A stretch of 64,000 bases of DNA from Mantamonas sphyraenae STR306 (GCA_026936335.1 JAPMXV010000008.1:186001-250000); one strand, 5' to 3'. Numbered from the stretch's first letter, positions 10,624 to 22,619 are shown. The notes: a model not told the origin generated them from the letters alone. Translations and numbers: made by a program.

Positions 10624-11580
10624 ATGAAGAGCAGTACCGTTGTGGTTTTCGTGTTGGTGGCAATGTGCTTTGCTGCCGTGATCGGCGAGGGTGAGGAGTT
10701 GGCCGTGAAGGGGATGGCAGATCTTGCGCCGTCCGCAGCTGCTCCTGAACACGAGGAAGCCCCGCAACAACATGAGAATGAGGGCCCTATGGATGAGATG
10801 CCTGAAGAGTTGCAGGACGATGAGGGTCGCCCTGAGCCTGAGGGTCACCCTGAACATGGTCGCCCTGAGCATGGTCGCCCTGAGGGTCGCCGCCCTGAAC
10901 ATGGTCGCCCTGAGGGTCGCCGCCCTGAGCATGGTCGCCCTGAGCATGGTCGCCCTGAAGGTCGCCGCCCTGAACATGGTCGCCCTGAAGGTCGCCGCCC
11001 TGAACATGGTCGTCCTGAGCATGGTCGCCCTGAGCAAGGTCGCCCTGAGGGTCGCCGCCCTGAGCATGGTCGTCCTGAGCATGGTCGCCCTGAGCAAGGT
11101 CGCCCTGAGCATGGTCGCCCTGAGCATGGTCGACCAGAAGGTCGCCGCCCTGAGCATGGCCGCCCTGAGGGCCGCCGCCCTGAGCATGGTCGTCCTGAGG
11201 GTCGCCGCCCTGAACATGGTCGTCAGGATGCCAACACCCAGGATGCAAGGTTCTCGTCCGCCAAGCAGAGCCCCAACGACCCCAATGGCCCTCCCCCTCC
11301 TCCGGACAACAAGGACAGGTCGCCCAACGATCAGCAAAACAGAAACAACGACGAGCGCCACCACGGTCGCAACCGCCACCATTTCCTCATGATCGGCGGC
11401 TTTGTCGTCCTCGCTGCAGTCGGCATTGCCGCATACCGCAAGCGAAAGCAGCGCCAGCAGCAACTGCACCAAGGTCAGCACCTCCTCCCAGTCACCACCG
11501 CCGATCTGCCTGTGGCTCACGTCCAGCCGGTGGCTGGTTCCGTCCCCCAGGTCTATGCACTCCCGGCCACCAAGCAGTAA
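10624..11580 (+). CDS. Type I membrane protein with RPE(H/Q)G / RPEGR pentapeptide array; probable paralog of the upstream gene
   Basis: Signal peptide MKSSTVVVFVLVAMCFAAVIG, acidic spacer, repeats, TM helix followed by YRKRK. Confidence 0.75.
   Translation: MKSSTVVVFVLVAMCFAAVIGEGEELAVKGMADLAPSAAAPEHEEAPQQHENEGPMDEMPEELQDDEGRPEPEGHPEHGRPEHGRPEGRRPEHGRPEGRRPEHGRPEHGRPEGRRPEHGRPEGRRPEHGRPEHGRPEQGRPEGRRPEHGRPEHGRPEQGRPEHGRPEHGRPEGRRPEHGRPEGRRPEHGRPEGRRPEHGRQDANTQDARFSSAKQSPNDPNGPPPPPDNKDRSPNDQQNRNNDERHHGRNRHHFLMIGGFVVLAAVGIAAYRKRKQRQQQLHQGQHLLPVTTADLPVAHVQPVAGSVPQVYALPATKQ
10846..11220 (+). repeat. Coding tandem repeat, 25 x 15 nt (consensus cgccctgagcatggt / cgccctgagggtcgc)
   Basis: 24 units fill 10861-11220 (360 nt), preceded by one HPEHG unit. 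Confidence 0.95.
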
Positions 11581-11611
11581 AAACCCTTCATTTATCTATT
11601 GCTCTCTTTTT

Positions 11612-12981
11612 TCACTTTGCTTGCACATCCATGGTGAAATCGTACGAAATAGTGGGGATGATGGCGCTGATGAACTTGAGAAACACAAACAGGTACTGGT
11701 CCGGTCGCAGATCGCCTCCCGACGCTGCCAGGTTGTCCAGAATCTTCTTCATCACCGACGAGTGCTTGCACGGGTGGATACTCGCGTGGCTGATCGACAG
11801 GTGAGGGTGTGTCTCCAGGGTCACCGTCTTCTTTGCGTGGTCCTGCGAGATGTCCTCAAAGATCTCGTCTGCACTCAGCGGCTCCCCTGCCTCACTGTAC
11901 CCAAACAGCCACACCCGCGGCGTCTGGTAATACTTGTCGTACGTGATGCTAATATCGTATGTGCGTGTCGCCACTGTACGGCTCTCTCCAGCCTTGCCCT
12001 TGCCCTTGCTCTCCGTGTTCCCTCCCTCTCCATCCCCATTTCCTCCTGCCCCTGTGTCCAGTGTCCCCGCGTCATCGTCTTCCTCCACCCCAAAATCCTC
12101 CATGTCCGGAATGTCGTCCTCGTCCTCATCGCTGTCCCCTCCGATCTCCGGAAGATCTTCCTCTTCATCCCCTTCTGCCCCTCCTGCGCTCGACGACCCT
12201 CCCGAGCTGTTGCCCATTACGTGGAACCCGTCATCCTGGTCTGTGTGTCCCATTTCCCACCATCCCATGTCCGTCTGGTCAGTGCTTTGCCCTTGCTGCT
12301 CGCCATCTTCTCGCAGCCAAAATGGCCTATGCTCCCCCTCTCCCGCCGAAAACTCACCCAGTCCCACGTGCGTTTGCACCCATCCATCCGCGTCCTCTCC
12401 CCCCTCCACCTCCTCGCCGTTCTCTGCATACGCTTGCAGCGCAGAAGCGCGCTTCTCGCACGGCACTGTGTCCCCGCCCGCGTGGTTTCCTCGTGTGAGT
12501 TGCTCGAAATTTCTCACACGCAAACTCCAGTTCCACCTTTGCCCTTCGCAGCCGTGCGCCAACCTCTCACTCTCCATGCCTCGTTCCCCTCCGGGGCGTC
12601 CCTCTCGCACATTGCCTCCTCACCATTCGTCGTCACCAGATACTGCTTGTCTGCAGGCAGGTGGTTGCGTGTTTTGCCGGCTTCGCCGCTTGCCCACCGC
12701 CACGTGGGACACTTGTACACCAGCAAATCGCCTGCTGCCACAAACTGTTACCCCGCAGTCGTTCCCAAGCCGTGTGTGCATGTGCGCGTGCGTGCGTTTG
12801 TTTGCGTGTGCGTGCAATCCATCCCGTGTCAGCTTGCAAGGGCCCCGAGTGCTCCCCTCCCGTACCGGCTCACAAAACGCACCTCCTCCGGCGTCAGCAC
12901 ACCCTTTTCCGCAAACTTGCTGTCCTTCAGCGTCGGTGTAATGTACTCGGCCACGCCATGAAAGAATGACTGGATCGACAT
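11612..12981 (-). CDS. ATG3: Autophagy E2-like enzyme Atg3 (3 exons)
   Basis: Exons 12981-12883, 12744-12624, 12465-11612; [45 protein letters not shown] active site, FLKF. Confidence 0.95.
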
Positions 12982-13075
12982 GAGGACGCAATGGCGAGGG
13001 TTTGCCTCCGCAAGCGCCAGCCTGCACACAACCTGCCTCCAACCCTCGACTCCCATCCTGCCCATCATCCCCACC

Positions 13076-16000
13076 ATGCTGGGCTCCTCCACCACACACA
13101 CACGTGCCCACCGCACGCGCAGAGGAAACGTCATCCAGCGTGCTCGTGAGCACTACCTGCGTACAGACATCCCCTGCTACTCTTCACTCTGCACCCACGA
13201 CGCCTGTAGGCCACAGCACACCCATGCGCCACGCCTTCTCGACGACGCTCCCATGTACCTTTTGCCCGATGCACACGTGTGCCTCGCTCTCCTCGAGCTG
13301 TTTGAACTCGGCGCGTTTCCTCAGCTGATCCTCCTCCAAACAAACCTTGCCGCCCTCCAGGCCGCCTCCCGCTCTCTGTACAAACGTGCTCGCGCCCTCG
13401 AAGACGCCGTTGTCTTTAGCAACAGTCATTGCAGCGCCTGTTACGTTGAACGGTCAACACGCGAGTCCCAGGCCTCGTTTGACCAGCGCGCCGTCCTCAG
13501 CGCTGCCCGCTGGTACGCAAGCCATCTCGACGCCTCTCAGCCCATCTGCATCCTCACCTGCGACACTGCAACCCTCGACCACGTCCACGCCAACACAGAC
13601 GACATGCCTGCCGTCCTTGCCATGCATCCACGGGACTATGTACAGCAAAACGCACCTGAGCACCAACAGCTCCTCGACACCCTCCTTGACGCCGCCCAAG
13701 ACGACGCATCCGCTGAAGACACATCCTCTTCCTCCTCTTCCTCCTCCTCTGCTTCCACTTTGACCAGCTCCTCGTTCACAGAGTATCTCTCGGAGCAGGT
13801 GCTTGTGGCTGGCGTCAAGTCGGGCCTGCTCTTCCGTGGCACCCTGCAGGTATCACAGTACAACAGCAGCCTGGCACGCGTCCGCTGCAACGATCCCACA
13901 GACAAGAGCACCGTGGAACTGCGAGTGGAGGGCACATACGCACGCAACAGGGCCATCCATGGAGACACCGTTGTCTTGCAGCGTCTGAAGGACGACAGTG
14001 ACCACGCATGTGTCGTGGGTGTGCTCAACCACGCCTGGCGTCCCTATGTGTGTGTGTTGGACGATACCTCTGCTTCCGAATCGGCGTCCACGCGTACGGG
14101 CAGCAATCTGTGCCTGCCCATGGACCGTCGCGTGCCTCGCATTCGCATACGGACACCCGTCACACAGAGTCTGCTGGACGCACGCATTGTAGTGCGTATT
14201 GACAGCTGGCCCGTCGACTCTTCCTATCCCAATGGGCATTTTGTGCGCATGTTGGGGCCCATTGGTGACGTGGACACAGAAACACAGGCCATGCTCATGG
14301 AGCACAGCATCAGCTGGGGCCCCTTTGCACCAGCCATGCTCAAAGGACTGCCAGAGTCGGAGGACGAGTGGCACGTCACCCAAGAGGACCTGGAGGTGCG
14401 CCGCGACCTGCGCGACTCTCACTTCATCTGTTCCATCGATCCGCTGGGCTGCAGGGACATCGATGACGCCCTTTCTGTGCGCACACTGGACAATGGTCTG
14501 TTGGAGTTGGGTGTCCACATTGCAGACGTCACTCACTTTGTCCAGCAGGACTCTGCGTTGGATCTGGAGGCTCGCAAACGAGGCACGACTGTTTATCTGG
14601 TCGACCGGCGCATCGACATGCTGCCGGCCATCCTCAGTGAGACCTTGTGTTCGTTGCGTGCAGGCGTCGACCGTTTCGCCGTCTCTGTCCTGTGGCAACT
14701 CGACCCGGACACGTTTGCCGTGCGCGACACCTGGTTCGGACGCACCCTCATCCACTCCCGCTATGCTCTTCACTATCAACAAGCCCAAGACCTGGCCGAC
14801 GGCACATATCGCCCCGACGACCACTCCCGCCGCTCCCGCTTTCCCAACGAAACTCGTGTGGCTGAGGAAGACCTGGAACCGCTCGCCCAGGCCGTCCGCG
14901 CCCTCATCCGCGTCGCCTGGCAGCTTCGCAAGCAGCGCTACGACCGCGGCGCCCTGGAGTTGGAAAGCATGGAAGTGCGATTTGAAATGGAGGAGGAGCA
15001 GGTGGAGGGCAGCAGCAACACCCCAAGCAAGATCCTGGCCAAGCAAGAACTCCCTGTAAACTGGACGGTGGCAGAAATGATGATTTTGGCCAACATTTCC
15101 GTGGCTGAGCGCATTGCTGGCCAATTTCCAAGCTGTGCTCTGTTGCGCAACCATCCGCAACCCGACACGCAGGCCCCGTCGTTCCAAGCGCTGGTGACAG
15201 CGGCGCAACACCAGGGGTTCACCATCGACGGCAGCTCCAACGCCTCACTAGCCGATTCGTTGCGACAAGCGGTCAACGCAAACGACGATGTGATCAATGT
15301 GGTGCTGAAATCGATGGCCACAGTCGCCATGAACGAGGCCACCTACTTTTCCACTGGCGGCCAGCCCGCACACCACTTTTACCACTACGGCCTTGCCGTG
15401 GACTCGTACACCCACTTCACCTCTCCCATCCGACGGTACGCAGACGTGGTCGTCCACCGCATGCTCATGGAGGCCATGGACGACCGCCACTGCTCGTTGG
15501 ACGATGCACGCGTCGCCGACATTGCCCAACACGTCAACGCACGCCACCGCGCAGCCAAACGTGTGCAGTCTCAATCCAGTGACATGTTTCGAGCCCTCTA
15601 CTTTGCCCAACACCGCGACGAGCTCCACGATGCCGTCGTCTTTGAAGTGCGCGGCAACGCCATCATGGTCTTCCTTGAGCGCTTTCGCATCAAGACGGCC
15701 CTGTTTGTGTTGGACAAGCAGGGGGAGACGGTGCCTGTGCCACGTGCCCTCTTTACAACTCCTCCTGGCAAACGCCCGCGAGACGCGGATCTCGACTCGT
15801 TCGAATCGTCGGCCCGCGTGCACGTCGACGAAGACGCACAGGAGGTCACTTACCGCTCCGATGACCAGGACCACACGTGCGCCATTCGCGTCTTTGACCA
15901 CATCGCCGTCCGTGTTGAGATGAAAACCTCTCGGGCCCATCTTCCCACCGTCCGCCTCTGTCTCGTTCACCGAGGCAGTCCTTGGCTCGACAAAAAGGCA

Positions 16001-16285
16001 CGCGGTGAGGCAAAGAGCCAATCCAAGCAGCGATATGGCCTCGATGTCCAGCAACTGCTGGAATCGTCGTCGTCCTCCTCCTCCTCCTCCTCCTCCTCTA
16101 CCGATGAGGCTGTGTCCACGCTCGAGTCCCTCTCTGCACACACGCAAAGCCAGAGTGTTCGTCAGTGGAGTGCATCGTATGGACAGACTCCAAATGGCGT
16201 CTACGACGTGTTTGACTCCTTTGGCGACGTCGGACGCACACAGGTGTTTCATGCAGCCGCAGCCACCGCCACCGCCAAGACATGA
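13076..16285 (+). CDS. DIS3L: DIS3-like exoribonuclease (PIN, cold-shock, RNB, S1 domains); intronless
   Basis: REHYLRTDIPC, NRAIHGD, CSIDPLGCRDIDDALS, GVHIADVTHFV, YTHFTSPIRRYAD; the degenerate PIN looks DIS3L-type rather than DIS3. Confidence 0.85.
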   Translation: MLGSSTTHTRAHRTRRGNVIQRAREHYLRTDIPCYSSLCTHDACRPQHTHAPRLLDDAPMYLLPDAHVCLALLELFELGAFPQLILLQTNLAALQAASRSLYKRARALEDAVVFSNSHCSACYVERSTRESQASFDQRAVLSAARWYASHLDASQPICILTCDTATLDHVHANTDDMPAVLAMHPRDYVQQNAPEHQQLLDTLLDAAQDDASAEDTSSSSSSSSSASTLTSSSFTEYLSEQVLVAGVKSGLLFRGTLQVSQYNSSLARVRCNDPTDKSTVELRVEGTYARNRAIHGDTVVLQRLKDDSDHACVVGVLNHAWRPYVCVLDDTSASESASTRTGSNLCLPMDRRVPRIRIRTPVTQSLLDARIVVRIDSWPVDSSYPNGHFVRMLGPIGDVDTETQAMLMEHSISWGPFAPAMLKGLPESEDEWHVTQEDLEVRRDLRDSHFICSIDPLGCRDIDDALSVRTLDNGLLELGVHIADVTHFVQQDSALDLEARKRGTTVYLVDRRIDMLPAILSETLCSLRAGVDRFAVSVLWQLDPDTFAVRDTWFGRTLIHSRYALHYQQAQDLADGTYRPDDHSRRSRFPNETRVAEEDLEPLAQAVRALIRVAWQLRKQRYDRGALELESMEVRFEMEEEQVEGSSNTPSKILAKQELPVNWTVAEMMILANISVAERIAGQFPSCALLRNHPQPDTQAPSFQALVTAAQHQGFTIDGSSNASLADSLRQAVNANDDVINVVLKSMATVAMNEATYFSTGGQPAHHFYHYGLAVDSYTHFTSPIRRYADVVVHRMLMEAMDDRHCSLDDARVADIAQHVNARHRAAKRVQSQSSDMFRALYFAQHRDELHDAVVFEVRGNAIMVFLERFRIKTALFVLDKQGETVPVPRALFTTPPGKRPRDADLDSFESSARVHVDEDAQEVTYRSDDQDHTCAIRVFDHIAVRVEMKTSRAHLPTVRLCLVHRGSPWLDKKARGEAKSQSKQRYGLDVQQLLESSSSSSSSSSSSTDEAVSTLESLSAHTQSQSVRQWSASYGQTPNGVYDVFDSFGDVGRTQVFHAAAATATAKT

Positions 16286-16365
16286 CAACGGCGCACATCA
16301 ACTCCGATGAAATGTGCAATCATGTCCATGTGCTTTCTTCAATCCTCACCCACTCACTCACTCAC

Positions 16366-16612
16366 TCACTTGGCATCTGTCTTGCTGCGCTTGGTGGCGC
16401 CTCCAGCTCCTGCGCTGCTCCCCGAGCCGCCAAACAGGTCTCCCAGTGGATCATCGTCCTCGCCATCCTCGCTGTCGTCTCCCTCTTCGTCTTCGTCATC
16501 GTCCAACCCATCCAAATCGGCAAACAAGTCCTCCCGTTTCCTCTTCTTCTTCTGGCTCTGGCTGTTGCTTTCCTCCTCTCCCTGTTCCTTGTCCACACTT
16601 GCCGTTGTTGTG

Positions 16613-16648
<36 letters not shown>

Positions 16649-17265
16649 CCTGTTCCGTCCTCTTTCGCCTCCGCCTCCCCGTTGCCATTTGTTGCTCGAT
16701 TTCCGTTTGTTGCTTGCGCCAGCCCCGCTGCCACTGCGGCCTGCACTGCAGACATTGTCGCACTGGTGGCCTCTTCAAACTCTGTGTTGGCCTTGCGAAT
16801 CTCTTTCATGGCTTTGGTGCGCCTCTTCTCCGCAGCCAGTGCTTTGTCCATGGCTTTTTTCTGCCGCTCCTCCTGCTTCAACCGAGCTTGCTCTGCCTTC
16901 CATTCTCTAATTTGCCGCTGCGCATTCACCTGAAACACGCGCCGCCCGCTCAGATCCCGACACGCATCAAAGTTGGTTGTCTTTTTCTGGCCAAACTCAA
17001 ACCCTTGCGCGCGCAGGTTCGCTCCAAAGCCTCCTTTGCCACCTACACCACGCACCAGGACGTGGCCAAACCACACCGACGCATCCCCGCAGGCTGCTTG
17101 GCAACGTACGTGGAACGCCTCTGCAGGCAAGCCATGCCTGGTCTCCACGTCAGCTCGCAACCACGCCGCAACGGCATCCGTTTCCCTCACCACGCTCTCA
17201 TCCATCTGCACACACTCCCAAGACCCATCCCACTGGCGCACAAACGCCTGTCCGCAATGGTCCAT
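16366..17265 (-). CDS. SDE2: Sde2 ubiquitin-fold splicing/replication-stress protein
   Basis: GGKGGFGANLRA cleavage motif, TNFDACRDLSGRR; first ATG at 17265. Confidence 0.88.
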
Positions 17266-17305
17266 CTCTCTCTGTTGTGCCAACCAACTGTTTTGGATTG
17301 CATTT

Positions 17306-19459
17306 TCATGCGCGCGGAAACAACCCAGCCATCGACGAGTCGGACGGCGGTCCCGTGCGTCCCGACCCGCTGCTCACACTGCTCTGTGGCCCTCCACTCG
17401 TGCTCCCACTGCCGCTGCTGCCCACACTGCGTGCAGACCCCGTGTACTTGGACGACAGACCCGATTCAGACGAGGCACCGCCGCCACCACTGCGTCCAGG
17501 GAAGCTGCTCACACTGCCAACACCTCCTGTGCTACCACCAACACTGCTACCGCTGCTGCTGCTGCTGCTGCCGGTCATCCCTCCCGTGTCTTTGCTGGGG
17601 AAAGGCGACCCTGAGAAGGCCGAGGACGCAGTCGATGACGATTGTCCACCAATGCCACCGCTGCTTGCCCCCATGCTCTCTCCGCCGCCAAAGCCGCCTG
17701 TAGAAGACGTGCCCGATCGGAAGCTCACGCGCTGTCCACCCATGCCTGACGACACCCCACTCATCATGGCCGATCCGGCAGCCGACGAGCCCGACGCAAA
17801 CCGCGTGGCGTATGTCTGCTTCGCCTGCATCAACGAGTCGTTCAGCTGCTTGTTGAGATAGTTGATCACGTTTTGGTTTGTCTGGATCAGTTGCTGCGAC
17901 TCTTCCAGTTTCTGTGCCGTCTCCTGCAGCTGCTCCACCACGGCCTCCTTCTCCTTCTCCTTCTCTGTGATTGTCGCCTTGATGTTTGCAATCTCCCGCA
18001 GACCTGCCTCGATGCTGTTTTGCTTTTGGTGCAGCAGGTGCTCCTGCTTTGCAGCCAACGCGTTCTTCACCTTCATCTTGGCACGCGCCGAGCGCAGCTC
18101 ACTCTGCAGCCGCTCGATAATCTGGTTCCCCTTGCGAATTTCGCCACGTGCGGTCGCCAGTGCGTCCTCCAGTTTGACGTTGCTGCTCTTGTACACTTCC
18201 AGCGACTCGTTCACACTCGTGCGCTGTGCGTTGGCCTGCTCCAGCAGCTGCGACACACGCTCTGCTACCTCCTCCTTGTCGCTCACCTGCTGCTCCAGTG
18301 CTGCAATGCGCACCAGCAACTTGCTTGTCTCCTTCTCTCGGCTGTACCGTTCCTCCTCCAGGCTCTTGTTCATCTGCCGCAGCTGCTGCACCTCCGACTT
18401 TGCATACTCAAGCGCCTCACGCACAGTCTCGTTCTTTGCCGCCAGTTCCCGCTCGTTCACCTTGCGCTGGTGCGTCTCTTCCTTCAGCGCTTGGTTCTCT
18501 GTGCGCAGAGTCTCCACCAGACTGCCCAGCTCCTCCGTCTTGGTGTCGTACTTTGTGTTGAGCGCCTTCATCTCGGCGTCGTATCGCTTCTGCATCTCGT
18601 TGCGCTCCTGCAGGGATCGCTCCTTTTCGTTTGTCATCTGTGTCATGTGTGACTCCCGTTCGCGGCTCAGGGTCGTTTCGAAATCCCGTGTGCGTGCCTC
18701 CAGCGTGCTGCGCAGCTCGCTAATCTCTCGCACCGCTTCCTCGTACTGCTCCCTGTGCGTGTCCTCCTCCACCTGCTCTTCTACAATTGCCTGTGCATAC
18801 AACTCCTGAGAGTATGTGGACATTTGTGTTTCCGTGTCAGCGTGCTCAGCTCACTCGTGGCTGTGTGCTGCGCTCGTCTGCTTCGCGCCAAAAAACTCAC
18901 TTTCATCTCCCCGTAGCGTTCCGCCAAAAAGTGTTTCATCGTGTAATCGTTCGCCTGGCGGAACTGCAGACTCAAATGCGTCAGGTGCTTGAAGGGATTG
19001 GTCTCCACCACACTGAGCTCGGCCGTGGCATCTTGCAGAACCAGAGAACAGACAAAGCTGCGAGCGCGCCAAAGCGCCGGATTGCAACGGTGGGGTCAGC
19101 TTTTCAGGGTCAAAATCCGCGCGCGCACACGGGGCCTCCATCACATACCGCGGCTTCTCGTCCTTGTACGTCGACTTGCACAGCATAAGAAGATCGATGA
19201 AGCGCTCAGGAAAGGTGTGAAAGTCCACGAGGATGTTCTGCTGGCTCTTGAGCGTGTGGAAACCTTCCTCGTTCATGTCCAGCGTGTAGAGGAACATGAG
19301 GTCGCGCTCGTCAGTCAGTTCCACATGCAGCTGCTTCGTGTGATACCCATCGCCACTAGTCGAGGTCTGCAGCCGAAACTGAATGTCCGCAGGCATGTCT
19401 TCGTGCTCCGCCGACTGCACCGTCAGCGGCACCGAATCGTCAAACAAGGCATCGCCCAT
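17306..19459 (-). CDS. SAS6: Centriole cartwheel protein SAS-6 (3 exons)
   Basis: Exons 19459-19149, 19057-18901, ~18805-17306; [39 protein letters not shown], then a long coiled coil. Confidence 0.93.
18884..18892 (-). promoter_or_regulatory. E2F consensus site TTTGGCGCG in SAS6 intron 2
   Basis: + strand reads CGCGCCAAA; function untested. Confidence 0.35.
19065..19073 (-). promoter_or_regulatory. E2F consensus site TTTGGCGCG in SAS6 intron 1
   Basis: + strand reads CGCGCCAAA; function untested. Confidence 0.35.
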
Positions 19460-19625
19460 GGTTGGTTTTGGCGTTTTGCGAAATTGCTCTGCCTGTGCAC
19501 TCGCATTCAGGTGTCACACTGCCTCCCTCTCTCTCTCTCTCTTTCTCTCGACGCACACACACACACACACCTCTTGCCCTTCCCCCTTGCCCCTTGTACA
19601 TCGTTCTGCCCCATGCTCGCCGCTG

Positions 19626-22075
19626 ATGGTGGCTGTGGGCCTTTTGCCCACACTTCCTGCTGACACACACCGTCCACATGTCCACAGTTCCACACAAACC
19701 CTACCCACGAGCGGTTTGCACAGTGGCACACCGACGCCAACGGCCTGCGCTCGTTCAGCCGCATGCATCAGGAGCTGGACGGTGAGTTGTCGCACGCTCG
19801 CGTTCCGATCTTCCCCTCTCCCTTCCCTGCCCGCCATCTCTACGGCGTGCACCTCCATGGACAGTGGCGACCTTGTGGCGCTGCACAACGATTCTTACTT
19901 GGACCTTGCGCATTGCTGACCCTGCCACTGCCCCTACGTTGCGTCTGCACTGTGTAGAACTTGCGGCTGCACAGCGGAAGCACGTCGACACCTTGCTGCA
20001 AATGGATGTGCCCGTGGGTGTGGTGAGTTGCACGCACGCACACGCAGATGGATATGCTTGCCTGTAGCACGTCGACATGCACCCACCTGCTCCTGCACGG
20101 TGCTGGGGGGGCGCCTCAAGCGCTCGGCGAGAGGGAACGCCGACTCGCACTCACACGCGTCTCCCGTGTTCTGCTCCCAACGCACACAATCACATCTGCG
20201 TACGCCCCACAGGCCACCAATAGCTTGTATTCGTTCTACGTGCGCAACATGAACATCCACAACAAGCACCCACAGCAGCTGGGCCACACAAACTTTTACG
20301 AGTGGGGCCACAGCCTGTCTGCACAGCATGGCGACAACGTGTACCTCACCCTGCAGTATCAGAACCAAGTGAAGCAGCAGACACAGTTTGGAGAGGATGT
20401 GCGACCCAGCGAAGGCCTGTGCAAACGCCTCGACGCCTCCATGCTTGTCACCGAACCCTTTGGTCTTCCGGGCGTCCAAGTCGATGCCCACGTGGCCACC
20501 ACAAGCACCTTTGTGCCCGAAACACCCACACAACACCTTGACGCCTCCCTTGAGCTGCGCTACCAGTTCCTCAACATGCTGCTCGAAGTTGGCGTGCAGC
20601 ATCACCGCGCCGAGGAACTCGACGGCAAGCTCAAAGAGAATACATATCTGGACGGGATGCGGCGCATGTACGGTGCCCCCATGCAGGATTACGACTTGAG
20701 ACGCGAGCTGACTGCGGCCACGGCGCTGGATGTGAGTGCAGGGCTCAGCGCGCTGTTTGGCAACTGGCAGTTTGCCGTGCGCGTGGACAGCAACGTGTAC
20801 ACACAAAAGGAGATGCAAAGTGCAGACGAGCGCATGCATGGCTACTTTGCACGCCACGACGGCTACTACACACGTGTGATGACTGCGCACCAGCTCAGTC
20901 ACGAACCGAGCAGTCGACACCATCCACACGCAGACCAGGTGTCTGTGCATGCCCTCATGCGCTACAAGGGCACGGTGGACATTTCTCCCGTGCGTAACCT
21001 GCTTCCCGAGTCCTGGGATGACACGCTTGAACCGGTGCTGGGCCCGCGTGATCCCCAGCAAAAGCAAGCCGTCGTCCTCAACATGGGGGTGGTCGATGCA
21101 GGCAGTGCCATCCAACTCAGCGGCGTGCAACATCTCACTGAACGCACACGCGTTGGCCTCTCTCTCAATTACCTCACCAACGGCACCTACAGCGGGGCCA
21201 AGGTGCTCTTTGAATACAGGTTGCCGTCACACACCACGGCAGACAGCAGCGACGCCGACATCGAAAGCGAAAGCAGCGAAGATGGCATCGACGAGCCTTC
21301 ATCCTCGTCGACGGTGGAGGAGAGACACCCGACTTCGTTTGTGGAGGCAGTGCGGGAGGCGATGGGATTGCAGCAGCCGGCAACAACCAACACAGAGGAA
21401 GCGACGCAAGACGGCACACAGGAAGTGCAGGAGACAGAGCACACAACAAATGAGAGCAAGAGTACACAGACGCAGGCTGGCGGGAATGGCCAACCGCGAT
21501 GGACAGAAACACAGCTGGTGGAGTTGATCCATCGGGTGGTTGACGAACGAGAACAGGCAAAGGACGACGCCCTGCAGGCCGCTCGCGAGGCAGAGGCGGA
21601 GAAGCACGCGCAAGCAGAGAAAGAGGCAAAGCAACAGGCAGCTGCGGCCAAACAGCCTGCACGGCTGATGGGAAGCGCAATGACACGGCTTGGCAAGCTC
21701 AACTCGCGGTCACGTAGCAGCGGGAGCAGCGGTGACGATGCAGACGACACGGTCAGGTCCATGGTGGCCAACAGCGTGGTGGAGGAGCAGATGCGGCAAT
21801 TGGTGCAGGTGCAAAGCGTCAACGGGTCGCTGAGCACCTCTGGGGAACTCTCGCTCGGGTGCAAACTTAGTTCACAGTTTCAGAGCGACCACATCGACAT
21901 GCAAGTCGGCGTACTCGTCGATGTGCTCAACATCATGAACGCAGACCGGCGCCTGATGGGCTTCTCCCTGGTCTGGACCAACAATTCGGTAAGCAAGATC
22001 CTCCCCGCTTGGCAAAACTTGAGCAACGAAATCAGCAAGCTTTGGAGCGGCGAGAGCACAGAGCAAGACATGTGA
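19626..22075 (+). CDS. Divergent mitochondrial porin-superfamily (Tom40/VDAC/Mdm10-like) beta-barrel with a large insertion; 5' end uncertain
   Basis: Exons 19688-19781, 19958-20022, 20213-22075 splice in frame; start is either an ATG-only exon at 19626 or ATG 19763. Alternating amphipathic strands and a C-terminal beta-signal-like RLMGFSLVW. Confidence 0.5.
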
Positions 22076-22190
22076 TCACGTGGGAGGGACTCGGCAATGC
22101 AAACAGGGACCAGTGGTTGATTGTGTGGGTGTGCGTGCGTGCGTTCTTGCTTGCTCGCTGTGGCGATTCTTGCTCCTTGCTCCTTGCTCC

Positions 22191-22582
22191 CTAACGCCCC
22201 AAATTCAGCAGGTTCTCTGCCAAGGCCACCTCCTCATCGTCCTCATTGTCGCCCAGCTCGTCGTCGACGTAAAAGTCAGAGACGCCGCCGCCTGTGTTGG
22301 CCAGGAACATGTACGGTTGGTCCAAGGGCGACAACGGCTGGAAGCCGCCGCCCTCCACGGCCGACACTGATCCAGGCGTGCCAAAGCCCTCCAACAGAGC
22401 CTGTGCGGCACTACCCTGCGAGAATGGCGACATGAGGGCCTTGTGTGCCAGCGGGCTGCGCTCGTCTCCAGGTGTGTTTTGCGACCGTGCACGCAGGGGC
22501 GTTCCCTGAACAGGCGTTGCCGGTGCCCCATTCTGTTCGTTTGAACGTCCTTCCGACATGCCTGTTTCGCCTGTGCTTTGAT

Positions 22583-22619
<37 letters not shown>

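Noticed and set aside
10846-11220. CRISPR-like or mobile-element repeat
   Set aside because: Head-to-tail 15-nt units with no unique spacers, in frame within a CDS, and no cas or transposase gene nearby
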